This document shows, piece after piece, positions 29,800-41,954 of a stretch of DNA of 64,000 nt. Each line of letters starts with the position of its first letter. Position 1 is the stretch's first letter. The position numbers and the translations under genes are program-made. This DNA is from Amoebidium appalachense (lineage: Eukaryota > Protista > Ichthyosporea). Under the pieces are notes generated by a model. That model ran no database searches. It had not been told where the DNA came from and saw only the letters and a program-made list of their open reading frames with translations. Location of the stretch: the NCBI GenBank assembly GCA_963693365.1, contig CAVNZM010000001.1, positions 2,248,907 to 2,312,906 on the forward strand. The letters are read 5' to 3'.

Positions 29800-30600
29800 A
29801 CTGGTTCTGACAAGCTGATATATTTCTTTATGTCACGGCAACGAAGAACACTTAGAGCATTTTTATTCATTTTTTTCCCAGCTCCGATGATGCAGGGTTA
29901 AAGCTGAAAGGAAAGAAGTGCTCTTTGTTCATGAAAGAAGTGGCTTTTCTGGCCATGGTGACTCGCCTTATAGTCTTAAGGTAGAACCGGAATAAGGGGT
30001 AGCGGCTAAGAATCTATCCACCACTACCTGAGCTACGAAGTGACCTAAGGCTTGAGTTATATTCATTATCGAATGTTTGGTATGATCATTCATCCACACA
30101 ACCAAAGTATTCGCAATTGAAAACGAATTGCGGGAGAATCCTAAAAAGGAAAAAATCCCAGAAAGGAAAGTATTACTTCTAGAGAAAAAGCCAAGCACAG
30201 AGATGAAGCGAACAATTCACACGCACACTCTGCAACAATCTTCGCCACGAAAAACGAAAACTCAGAAGAATGCTGCATGACTACGTTGTGTTTTTGGAAC
30301 ATGAAGTACTCATAGACTTGCACAAGTCTATGCCACCGTCCTTGCTCTGTTCTGCCCAGCAGCTCGGCGCACAAGAAATCTCGCTGATGGTTGTTTATCG
30401 CCTCTCAGCCTGGTGGCTTGCTTGTCTAACGACATCACCAGGCTCCCGACAAGGGGGGGAGTGCAAACAACTGTAAACATGAATTGTACATGTTTACTAA
30501 AGAATGTGATGTGCTAGCACACGATTCGTGCTTTGTCACGAATATCACATAAATATTATGTCCGCACCAATAGGAATTACTCTGACTCAGAAAGTGAACC
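29800..30600 (+). mobile_element. Highly decayed Gypsy remnant
   Basis: NEEHLEHF...DAGLKLKGKKCSLFMKEVAFL (RT C-terminal motif) at about 29840-29955; PPT-like AAGGGGGGAG followed by TG near 30451-30463. Confidence 0.5.
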
Positions 30601-31214
30601 ATCTATGGTTCTTCCGCTGCATACCACATAAACGAAGTGAACCAATAAGAGGTTTGCATAAATAGCACAAAGGTCTGACTGGCTCGGACCGCACCATAAT
30701 CACGAATGGCATGTTGCCACCCGCGCTGGCCGCGGATGAACCAATCCTGGGCCTTGATCCGAAACCTGGGGGCTATATAACAAAGCCGTCCCAGTACGGG
30801 GATCACATCAGTGAAGTCTGAGACAGACTGAGTCGGCCCATATAGTAAAAGCAACCTGGCGGCGTGTGACTTTCTACCCGTTCTCTGTCTTTATTTTGAT
30901 TCAGTTGTACTCTGCCTTATCCTAACTAGTCCAACTGTTTACATTCCGGGTCTCCTTTTTGCGGACGATATTGTTCTTTGTTCCTTAACCGAAGATGTCA
31001 TGCACCAGATGCTTCGTCAGGTGGATCAATGGTGCACCGAGAATCTCATGACAGTCGGAATTGCAAAGTGTGCTACTTTTTCGAAAAACACTTCCTTTCG
31101 ATCGGCCGGTCTTCCTATTCCTGTTCAGAGCACCTATGACTATTTGGGTATTCCTTTTACTGCACGGGGTATTGATTTCCGCAAGCTCCTCACGGCACGG
31201 ATCGCTCGTGCGAA

Positions 31215-31824
31215 TGTGGTATATTATACCGGATATCTAGTATGGATGTACACAGGTTGAGATATACGCACACGTGTACATGTGTATATACCACTGTGTT
31301 TGATCTTAGGTAGGCCAGTATGCATGTCCCTCCCAGTCTTGTGCGCATGAGCATGGAGTTAAACATATGTGCACGTGCAACTTGCAGGATTATTCATGGG
31401 AAAACAGATATAATAGCCACATGGGACCGACACGTAGCAGAGGAACCATGAGCGTTAAGTTATAGTTTTATCATGGGAAAATATGCAAGTAGCCGTGAGG
31501 TATGACTGTGGAATGCATCGATAATCAAGTACTGTCACCCGATTGGCTCAATAGGTTTATTGGAACCGTGATAGCCATGGGACAGAACCGTGAACTGTAT
31601 GTGATTGGCTCTCGTAGCCAAAAAGCACATACCGATGCGCATGTCTGAGCCGCTGTGCGAGCTCCGTTATAAGGGCATGTCGGGGGCTCCAGAGCTCACT
31701 CAGTGTGCTCGGCTTACTAGGTGTAAGTAGGACTAGCACGTAACTAAGCAAAGCGTGGTCTAGTCAACCCCGTTCATTTATAAACATATTGTTTGTCACA
31801 GACACACGATCATATTATACAACA
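31215..31824 (+). repeat. 5' LTR (610 bp)
   Basis: The last 141 bp recur at 35684-35824 with two differences; TATAA at 31668 and an Inr-like TCAGT near 31700-31704. Confidence 0.9.
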
Positions 31825-31865
31825 GCTGAGCTACACCCCCTGCAGCGCTAGTTCTTGCGCTGCAA

Positions 31866-33794
31866 GTGTGCTCGTATCAAGCAAGTACTATGTTTTTAGT
31901 TGTTTACGTCCTAACATGTCTAACCACCTTGGTGACAACAATGCCGGCCCTAGTGGCCTGCATGGGGGGGAAGCTAGAAACGCCGACCTCATTTTCCTTG
32001 AAGAACTCGGCTATAATGTTCCCCTTCCCCCCCCCCCCGGCTCTTCACCGTGGCACCCTCCTGGAGCAGACATTCCGTTGCTCGACCGTGTCTACTTCCG
32101 TTCACACGACTTGCAACACGACAATCAATACTGCTTCTCTTTTCGTTCTGGGGAAACCGACTACGGCCAATCATTTGACCCCGAAGACCTGCCACCTGAA
32201 GACAATCGACATTCATCAGTCGACCTTCTCCACGGGCTGGAAGTCGAGGTCAACGCAAACGCAAGCAGAGGCACCAGACGCCCTGATACGCGCCCTAACG
32301 GAGTATGCAAATTTGCACAACAAGACGGGCGTGAGCCTGGCAGCTTGGTGCTGGTGCGTTCTTGGGTGTCTCCTTCTGTTTGTGCTGCTGGCATTTTTGG
32401 TATCGAAGTTTGCCAGCTGTACAGCGCGCACGGCACTGTACCGTTCGTCGACGGCACTCACCATGCTCCACCAACAACTACTCGCCCTCGCGAATGTATT
32501 CACTTCCAGGCAAAACTACGCGTGCCTTTCAGGGCAGTCTTCCCCCATCACTAAGTCACATGAATTTATCAATCAGTTAGTGACTCTTAGTCGTGGTGAG
32601 CTCGACCTAGTGGTTACTTATTATGGTAACCGGGGCCCTCGAAAATTTCATCCAAGCATGCTCCCCTCGTAGGTTCGTGCCGGACGGGGCCCCCGTAAGA
32701 ACTCTGGCCGAGGTGGTAGGGGTGGACGTGGTGGTGGCCGGGGGGGGCATAACAACCCCCCTCCTGCTGCCAACGAAAATGGGGATGGTAATGCAGGTGG
32801 CGGTGGCCCCCCACCTCCCCCGGACGGTGGTGCTGACGGTGGTGCCGGTGGTGCTAATGGTGCCGGAGGTGCTAACGGTGCTGGTGGTGCCGGTGGTGGT
32901 GGTGGTGATGGTGGTGGCGACGACGGTGACGGTGGTGATGACGGTGACGGTAACGACGGCAACGGTGACGACCGGGAGGGGAAGGAAAAGATTCAACACA
33001 TCCCCTCAGCAGCAATTCAGTCCCGTCCTATGCTCGAGGCAGATGCCGATATCGACGAATTTTACAAACAACTCCAACATCATTTAATTTTCTTTTGTAT
33101 TATGGAGTTGGTGGGCTTAAATCGCACGTTGATGTTTATTCGTATGTGCATGGGCCCCGGGGACCCCCGAGATGCTGCCGACAACGTCGACCTTTCCACG
33201 TGCACCGGCATCGACGATTTTTGGGCTAAGTTCCTTGAGAAGTATTTAGACAAGGAACGTAAGGAGGAGCATTTTAACGAGCTGAACAAGCTTCGTTTTA
33301 TGCACACTCGGGCCTCGATAAAGACATTCCACAAGAAATTTAATTGCATCGTCTCCAACTCGGGTCTCAAGAACATGCCCGAGGTTGTGCTTCATCATTA
33401 CCAACGTACTCTCAACGACTACCCGGACCTTTGTTCGGAGGCCCGGGCTGCAACCACCCTCAAGCAAGCCATGGCCCGTGTCATCCGACGGTATGAGGCT
33501 GATGTGGGTGCTCACAATTTAAAATGTAACCGTAATGTGGGTGCTGTAGATGAGATGGGTGGTGGTAGTGGGGGGCATGGTGGTGGTGGTGGTGGTCACG
33601 GGGGTGGCCACGGAGGTAGTGGGGGTAATGTTGGTGGTAAGGGTAAATCTAATGGGGGGGGCAAATGGGCTAAGGATAATAAGAAAGATAAGAGGGGGCC
33701 CAATTGTTGGGCTTGCAAGCAGCCGGGGCATCGTTTTAAAGATTGCCCCACCCGAGCTGCCAAGAAGAACAAGGGCAAGCAAAGTGATAAATAG
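31866..33794 (+). CDS. gag: Gypsy ORF0 + gag in one frame, separated by TAG at 32670-32672
   Basis: Hydrophobic segment WCWCVLGCLLLFVLLAFLVSKF, then a Gly/Asp-rich linker, a capsid-like helical region and the zinc knuckle CWACKQPGHRFKDC. Confidence 0.75.
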
Positions 33795-35720
33795 GTAATT
33801 GCCGGTGCTGGAAGCACGAATACGGCATGTATTGCACATTGTGACCCAGTGGGTCACGAAAAAGTAATTAAAAATGTGCCTATACCATGTGCTTCTGCCC
33901 CGGCTTCTTCCTATATTCCCCCCTCCGAGCCCCTTTCCCCCGACCCCCGACCCCCCACCCCCCCACACCTATCCCCCCCCACAAAGAAACTTCGAACACT
34001 CGATAGAATAAGAAAAGTGTTCGATATAAGTGCCATATGCAATGCAGGAAGACGTATCTATGTTAATGTTACGTTGAGTAATGAAAAATACTTTGCATTG
34101 TTTGACACTGGGGCATCATTCACCGTGGTTAGTGAAGCTGTTTTTTCCCGACACATGCAGGAGTTTGCTTTGCAACCCTCGGATGTGATTGTTACTTCTG
34201 TAAGGAAAAACGATAAAGCTCTAGCTGTGAGTGGTGAAGTGATGCTCCCGTTATGCCTCGGTTCTCAAACATTCATGTGGCCTTGCTTAGTAATTAAAAA
34301 TATTAAGCATGACATGATTATTGGGAACGATTTTGCCAACAAACACATTGCCACCACTAATCATCAAGAACACTCACTAACACTGGTGTCGGGGATGGTG
34401 GTGCCGACGTCATCTTTGCACACCCCCTACACAATGTGTCCTGTTACCGTCAAGCACGACACCACCGTCAAATCAGGCTTTGGATGTGTATTACGTGCAA
34501 CGGTGCAGGTGACTGCTGCTGCTGCTGCTGCTGGCACCCTCGGTATCTTCGAGCCTACTCGTGAATTTCGAGATAAGTTCCCCCCCACCATCTGTGAAAT
34601 TGGTGTGGATAAATCTATTGCTGTTGTGTGCGAAAATGGTGTGGGTCCGGATTTGAGCGTGTTCGGTACCATCGGTCATTTCGTTCCTACGAGCCGACAT
34701 GAGTACATACACGAACTGAGTGTTTTGCAAGCCGAACCCCACCCCAGTCGTACACAAACCGTCGTTGGTGCAATAGCGCAGTGCATCAGGTGGGCAACGG
34801 GGGGTGGAGAAGGTTGCCTACCCAATTCACCTCCGGCCGTGCCACCGGGCCGGGTGCCTACCGATAACATGTGTGGGCACGAAGGGCATGTGAGTGGGAC
34901 ACGAGGCGGTCCGATACACTCACCGATCGACCAATCAATGTGTGCCGTTGATCATGAAAAACCCCCCTCGCGAAAAATTTTGGAAATTTCGGGTGGGGGT
35001 GCACACGATGCCGGCCAGGCTCCCCACGGTTTTGATTGGAATAGGGTGCCTCAGAGTATGCTTCCGGAGGTTAAGAAACTATTAGAAGCACACTCTCGTT
35101 GCTTCACCACTACGGACCCCGACGAATTTCCTCAGATTAAAGGATTCACCATGCACATAGACACGGGAGATAACCCACCGATTCGATTAAAACAGTGGAG
35201 GTTGGAACAAGTGAAAGAGCAGGCTGCAAAGGAGATCGTGGAGGATATGTGTCATAGAGGGCAGATGGAACAAGCACACAGTCAGTATAATTCACCCACC
35301 TTCGTAATACGAAAACCAAACGGAAAATACCGTCTGCTGACTGATTTTCGTGCTCTTAACAAGCAAATTCGAAAATCTGCCTGGCCCATGCCCAACTTGC
35401 AACAACAAATAGAGAAGTTGGCTGGGTATAAGTATTTCTGTAAAGCTGATATGTCGGGTGCCTTTTACCAAATACTGCTAGACGCTGAGTCACGTGAAAA
35501 AACAGGATTTTCTGTGGCTGGTGTGCAGTATCGTTATTGTGTGGCACCACAGGGGCTCAGTACTTCCCCGTCCCAGCTAGCATCTATCATGACACAGATT
35601 TTGGCCCCCCTGGCCGATGACGTGGTGATATATGCCGATGATTTAGCTGTGGGTGCACACACCGAAAAAGAATTAATACAGAAGGGCTTCAGAGCTCACT
35701 CAGTGTGCTCGGCTTACTAG
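33795..35720 (+). CDS. pol: Gypsy pol (aspartic protease + truncated RT), in frame with gag
   Basis: ALFDTGAS; YRLLTDFRALNK, KADMSGAFYQI, APQGL, IYADD; runs into the LTR remnant at 35684. Confidence 0.95.
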   Translation, partial: VIAGAGSTNTACIAHCDPVGHEKVIKNVPIPCASAPASSYIPPSEPLSPDPRPPTPPHLSPPTKKLRTLDRIRKVFDISAICNAGRRIYVNVTLSNEKYFALFDTGASFTVVSEAVFSRHMQEFALQPSDVIVTSVRKNDKALAVSGEVMLPLCLGSQTFMWPCLVIKNIKHDMIIGNDFANKHIATTNHQEHSLTLVSGMVVPTSSLHTPYTMCPVTVKHDTTVKSGFGCVLRATVQVTAAAAAAGTLGIFEPTREFRDKFPPTICEIGVDKSIAVVCENGVGPDLSVFGTIGHFVPTSRHEYIHELSVLQAEPHPSRTQTVVGAIAQCIRWATGGGEGCLPNSPPAVPPGRVPTDNMCGHEGHVSGTRGGPIHSPIDQSMCAVDHEKPPSRKILEISGGGAHDAGQAPHGFDWNRVPQSMLPEVKKLLEAHSRCFTTTDPDEFPQIKGFTMHIDTGDNPPIRLKQWRLEQVKEQAAKEIVEDMCHRGQMEQAHSQYNSPTFVIRKPNGKYRLLTDFRALNKQIRKSAWPMPNLQQQIEKLAGYKYFCKADMSGAFYQILLDAESREKTGFSVAGVQYRYCVAPQGLSTSPSQLASIMTQILAPLADDVVIYADDLAVGAHTEKELIQKGFRAHSVCSAY

Positions 35721-35824
35721 GTGTAAGTAGGACTAGCACGTAACTAAGCAAAGCGTGGTCTAGTCAACCCCGTTCATTCATAAACATATTGTTTGTCACA
35801 GACACACGATCATATTATACAACA
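35684..35824 (+). repeat. 3' LTR remnant (141 bp)
   Basis: Matches 31684-31824. Confidence 0.95.
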
Positions 35825-37405
35825 GCGAAGGGTAAGCTTCACATCGTGTCAAATATGTTTCAACGGGAGTCTGTGATCCATCCTGCGAACCTTCTTCTCT
35901 ACTATAAAACTTTTTTACGGCCGACTTTTGAATATGGACTTGCGCCCCACCTCGCAAGGCGGCCTTGGCGCTGAAAGAGTTCGACGATTTTCAGGGTACT
36001 GCGTTGCGCACTTTGTTTCGTACTCGGTTTGTGCCTCTCTTAATCAGTATGTTTGGATTGTCGTCTGCTGTTTGTCGTATGGAGGAATTGTCTCTTCGTT
36101 TTTGTTTTCATTTAGTTAGGATACCTGATGGTCACCCTCTTTATGCTTTCTCTCTCCCCCCCTCCCTCCATCCCTCTTCCCCCCCGATTCACCAACGCTA
36201 CTTCTGAATGTCCTCAGCCTACCCTCTTTCGACCTGATTCTTCCTCTCGCTATCTCACTCCCTCTTTCTTTTCTCTTCCTGTTTTTTCTGCCTTTTCGCG
36301 TTATTACCATACGCAGTATAAGTTTCTTTCTCGTTCTGATAGAGAAATCAAAGGTAAAACTCAGTCGGCATGTGTTATGTTCCTTAGGCAACACCGTACT
36401 GATCATTATCGCTTTTTAGGAGCTTTGGCAGGATATATTTCTCCTGCTGTACGTATGGTACGTATGTACCACCCTAGTAGATAAGTCTGTATGGTGCTCT
36501 GATGTTGATATTTGCCTGGGAAGTTGTGCAGTGGCGTTGTAATTTTTGTTTTCATCGCCGCTGGTGCCACTTTTGTGCTGAACTTTTTAATCGCAAGCAT
36601 GTTGATAGGTGTGAGCTTTTATGTCGCGTTTTACCTCTTTCCCTACGGGTGTCTGCTACACTGGCTGGCAATGTGACCACTTTAGACTTTTTTTTGAATT
36701 CTGTTGGTCGTCACATTGAGTATTTATATGATTTTCACACAGTGTTCAGGTATCTCAGTATGCACTTGTTACTGGATAACTCGTGAAGTTTTTTATTGTC
36801 TTCTCAGTATGCCGTGCATACTTGCATATCTTTCCGTCGAATAAATCCAGTCAAAAGAAAAAATAATAATATCTAAATGTACCTAATTTCTTCAATACTT
36901 CTGTTCAAGAACCACGGCCATCTAGAAACACCGTGTCAAGAACATATCTACAGCGCTTCTCATGAGCAATATCGAGCCCCGACAAGTGTCCAGGGCTTGT
37001 AATTTTGCGATACTTAATTTGTAAAAACGCGTATATTGAGTTTTGTGACTGGAGGGGCGTCTTTAGCTGGGCTTGCAGATCCCCAAGAACCCTCCCGTTA
37101 CGATTAAGAAACTGTCCGTTACGATTGGCCAAAGGACAATACGGTTAAGCTGGCCAACCACAGCCCAACCCTGCCCAGACGCTAAAATGGGAGAAGCGGT
37201 GGTTGGTTTAATACAGCAAAAAAGGCAGACCTTCAGACAATAAGTCTGTACTAATAATAATGACACAATGCAAAATTGATATAGAAATTCAAAGTTGCTA
37301 TTGGAATGCCTCACAGTCATACGATCTTGTGTATGTCAGTGTGCGGTGTGTAAGAGAGGATGGGCCAGCGGGGGCTTGCCAGTATATTTTGGGTTATCTT
37401 GGAAA

Positions 37406-37479
37406 CTAGCCGGTGTTGCCCATGCCGGCAGCAATACCTGCATGAATGAACCGTGTGAGTGAGTGCTTTGAGTATTCCG

Positions 37480-37522
<43 letters not shown>

Positions 37523-37644
37523 CGCACCACCACCACCACGCAGACACACACATCCTCTTAACTTACTGCCGGGGTTCACCACAAACGAGACAGCCAAGGA
37601 CGGGGGCTCGGGAGGGGGAGAAGGTGTGCGTTTTTTTTTTTTTT

Positions 37645-37689
<45 letters not shown>

Positions 37690-38176
37690 GGCTAGAATGT
37701 AGCACAGAGCGAAGCACACACGACTGGACAACCTCGCGCAAGTCACGCCAAACAGATCACAAATAGAGTATGCATTATAAGTGGAGTCCATTCTCAGGAG
37801 GGGACGGGGTAGGGGGGGGGGGGGGGGGGGGGGCTGGATTAGTAACAACGGACATAGATATAAAGTGATTGAAGTACAGCACACACGGTGGCCGAAAAAT
37901 GAAAAAGTTGGGCAAAGACAACAACTGAAGCTTGCAGTGTGGAGCTCCCATCCACTCAAGCAAACGTTAGCAACAACAAAACACCTGCCCTAGCAAGTGG
38001 CAGCCAGTGCTCACCTTGCACGGTGACCACGAGGGCATCGTCCAGGTTGGTGTCGTGCTCACCCGCACGCAGCCGCCGCAGAAGGTTGACCTGTTGGATT
38101 GGTGCATTTGTCAACAAAACAACCATAAATACATCATAGTTAAATTTCCTTGTTCATCAACCCTGATATTCTTGTT

Positions 38177-38210
<34 letters not shown>

Positions 38211-38407
38211 CCCCTCCCTAACCTCTTCTGCATCTCCGGCCCGGCTAACAAAGAACAAGACTACTGAAATAGGAGGATTTGATGACCAACAAGGCATAAA
38301 GGAAGCGAGTAGTGCATAGAGGGGAAGAGGGGGGTGGGTGGGGTGGGGGGGGGGGTTAACACCCCCACCCACCCACCCCCACCCACCAAGGCTTATGAAC
38401 ACACATA

Positions 38408-38478
<71 letters not shown>

Positions 38479-39944
38479 ACATACAACACACACCTGCAGA
38501 ATGTTGAGGGGGTCGATGTAGGGCAGGCGGGCATGCAGGGCACGGCGCACCACCGGGTCCTCCTCCAGCACACGCTCCTGGCCGGTCACCTGAAAACAGT
38601 ACTCAGTATATGGAAAAGGGAGGATACATGCAAATATAAAGGGTACAGGAACTCTGAGCACTATCACCATGCTTTCACGTCATTTTCAACGCATAATCAG
38701 AAAAAAATTCGAGATTAGAAATATGCAACTCCGATGCTACCCAAAACCACTTGCACGCAATTGCAGTGCACCCAAGTATGCCACACAGCCAGGCCATAAA
38801 CTCACCAATCGAACACTTTAGGCGTTGATGAACACTATATCATGCACCACCAAATCTTCGTAGCATTCCTACCAAAATTATAACCCGCCATCAGCATAGG
38901 CAGCCTGTGACCCAATAAAAACCCACCGTTAAAACCGATGCCATGGTGCGGTCCAGCTCCTCATAGACGGGCACACCGTGCTTCTGCAGCTCCACAGGCA
39001 CGAGGGTGTTCTCGTAGTGCTTGGCCACGTGCCTCTCCGTCTTTGCTAGAATCATCTGGACGAGATCGATGGTCGAGTGGAAGAATGGCCACTCCTTGTG
39101 CATGTGCTTCAGCAGATCCTTGCCTCCCGGCTGGGCCAACACCTGTGTAGACGTATGTGGGGGTGGGGGTGCGTGTGTTGCAGGGGGAAGGAGGGGGGTG
39201 GGTGGGTGGGGGGGGGGGGGGGGGGGAGGGGAGTCAGTGCACGTTGTTTCATGTTTCTTACAGCTCCACTACTAATGAAATGTCGCCACTGGGCTCATGC
39301 GCGCCACGATGTGTGCGAGTGTGAGTGCGAAGTGCAATGCAACGGTGAGTGCAAGTGTGTTTGTGTGGTGTGTGTGAGGTGGAGTGGTATACTTGTATGT
39401 GCGCGTGTTTGTGCCTATGCATATGAGGTTGTCCGGACTGGACATTTGCGGCACGTACCTTTTGCAATCCCGAACCGACACCCAGCCACACAGGCACGTG
39501 CAGGCGGTCCTGCGTCCAGGCAAAGATCCAGGGGATGGCACGCAGCTGCTCGATGTTGAAGTTGCCCACCTTGCGCCGGGCAGGCCTGGACGGGATACAC
39601 CGTCGGTGAGATATAGTGTGGTCATTGTGGGGGTGTCTTGAGTCATATGGTGAGATGTGATGGGTGACTGTGTGTGTGGATAGGATATCTGAGTCGTCTG
39701 TGAGGTAGTTGCTTAAAAAAAACAACGCATAGCTGAGCCATGTCGGGAGAGATGTGTATTGAAAATATGTTGGGAGTGGAGTCGGGTAGTGTACTTGCTC
39801 GTATGGCACGACAACCACCCCTAATTCCTCTCCTACTACGTCACGTGCCATAACCTGCAGACCTCCACCTATCCACTCGGCCATCCGCATGCCAGAAAAT
39901 CACACAGACATAACCCCCCCCCCCCACCACCACCACCACCACCA

Positions 39945-39999
<55 letters not shown>

Positions 40000-41817
40000 T
40001 TCGCCCGCACACCTACACCCACCCACACACACCTGCTGCCCAGGTTGAGCTGGCCGACCTCCTGTATGGGTGTAGCATTGCGGAAATATTCAGCAAACTC
40101 CCTGTCCTTGTAGACCACGTCACGGTAGAAGTTGCACGATGCATCGCTCATGGCCTGTATGGCCTCCCGCCACTCCTTCTTGGGTGCTGGTGGCGGCTGC
40201 AGGATGTTTTGGAGAACGGCTGTGGTGTAGCGCTCAAGCGTCTGAAGAATGGGGAGGGTAAGAATCGGTCTACGATGCGAAGCACAAGGATACACACAGT
40301 CCCGTTTTTTCCCCCTATTCTTTGGTGGAGTGGGGGGGAAGAAGCGAGAGGAAGGGGGAGGGGAGTTGGGGGGGGGGAGTTGGGGAGGAGGATAAACATG
40401 CATCGTCCAGTGCAAGGGGAAGTGTGAGCATACGAGCCAAGACCAACTAGTACAGAAGAAGGGGGCGAATTGGGAATACAGGATGTGCATGTATTCAGCC
40501 TTGTTAGAAGTTCTGTTTACTTGTGCAGGGAAAGGACGTTTGTGGGGGGTGGCGATGCGAAAGACGAGAGAGCAGGGACGAGGTGGTGGTGGTGGTGTGG
40601 AGGGGGAGTAATAATACAATGGGAGAGAGGACAAAGAGGGGGTTGGGTAGGTTGGGGTGGGAGGTGGGAAGGGGGCGAGAGGGGTGGGTGGGGGAGGGTG
40701 GGGTGAGAGGGGAGTGGGGGAGGTGTTAGGGCACCAACCTGCTCAGCGGTCTGATGGGAGGTGCCAAAATGGGACTCAATAGTCTCGCCCTGGATGGTGA
40801 CCCTCATGCCCCCCTCCACAGACCCTGGGGGCTGGCCCAGAATGGCCATGTGCTGGGGCCCACCCCCACGGCCTACAGTGCCACCACGACCGTGGAACAG
40901 TTGAAGACGGATGTTGCGCGATGAGCACACCTGATTGGTTGATGGAAGTGGGGGCAGAGGAGGGTAGACATGGATGTGAGAGGGGAAGGAGGGACTTTGG
41001 GGGGAGAGGGAGGGCAGGGGAGGTGACGGTGTGCGTGTCGATGGGGAAGGGGGTTGGGGGGGGGAGGGGAGGGAGGCGCTGATGGGAACGAGAAAATAGG
41101 GGGTAGAGAGAGCCCTCCCACCCTCTCTTCTCTATCCGACCTGTCCCCTCCTCACCTCTCCCCTCTTTCCTCCCCTCTCTCTCTCCTTCTCCCCTGGGCA
41201 CAAATACAAATAAACCCCGCAATAGTGTGTGTGTGACTTTGGACTGCCACTTACTTATTAAACATGTACACAATCACAAGATAATCACGCAATATAACAA
41301 ATGGAAAAAGATACCACACGACACTAGACCCGATGAAAGCATACACCTTGAAAAACTAAGCCTTATGTCTCGTTTTATATATACTGACCGCCTCAACCAT
41401 ATTGCCAAATATGGCACTCGCAAGTGTATAACACCTAAATACATATTACCTTCCTGTAGAACTGGTCTTTCTCTAGCTGATGGTATTATTGATCAATTAC
41501 CACGCTTTTACTGTACACGTGCTATACAGTGGAGATCTAATAAGTATAAGGTGGCATCATTTGCATGCCCAAACAACACACACACACACCAGTTTAACCG
41601 GTCATGTATCGCCAAATGTAGTTTGATAGACCACATAATACCGCAACACACACACGTCACATTCACAACAGACACCCAGAAAGATAGCCTACCTGTAAAT
41701 TACAACATCCTTGATTTTATACTAAACACGCGTAACTACGACCTGTTTATTAGATGTATTGATTGGCTTGAGAAACACATCACTACAAAATTATAGCGCA
41801 CGCGCACACACACACAC

Positions 41818-41866
<49 letters not shown>

Positions 41867-41898
41867 CCAGCTGATACCGAGTGTCCCGAGGGGAGCCC

Positions 41899-41954
<56 letters not shown>

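Larger units (their letters stand above)
31215..35824 (+). mobile_element. Ty3/Gypsy LTR retrotransposon with an internal 3' deletion; 5-bp TSD GCGAA
   Basis: TG...CA termini (TGTGGTATATTATA / CATATTATACAACA); GCGAA at 31210-31214 and 35825-35829; gag with CCHC, protease and RT; RNase H, integrase and most of the 3' LTR are missing. Confidence 0.95.
30860..36870 (+). mobile_element. 5'-truncated LINE (RT and C-terminus), interrupted by the Gypsy element at 31215-35824
   Basis: GLLFADDIVL...GIAKC...YDYLGIPF before the insertion; continues KGKLHIV...YKTFLRPTFEYGL after it; C-terminal QWRCN...FNRKHVDRC...LDFFLN; A-rich end near 36840-36870. Confidence 0.9.

Noticed and set aside
29968-30854. 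Minus-strand integrase-like words (VVVDRF, VSDQGP)
   Set aside because: Short isolated matches in the wrong order for an integrase core; insufficient support.
31684-35824. LTR copies offset by exactly 4000 bp
   Set aside because: Most likely coincidence; the TSD and two mismatches support a real element.
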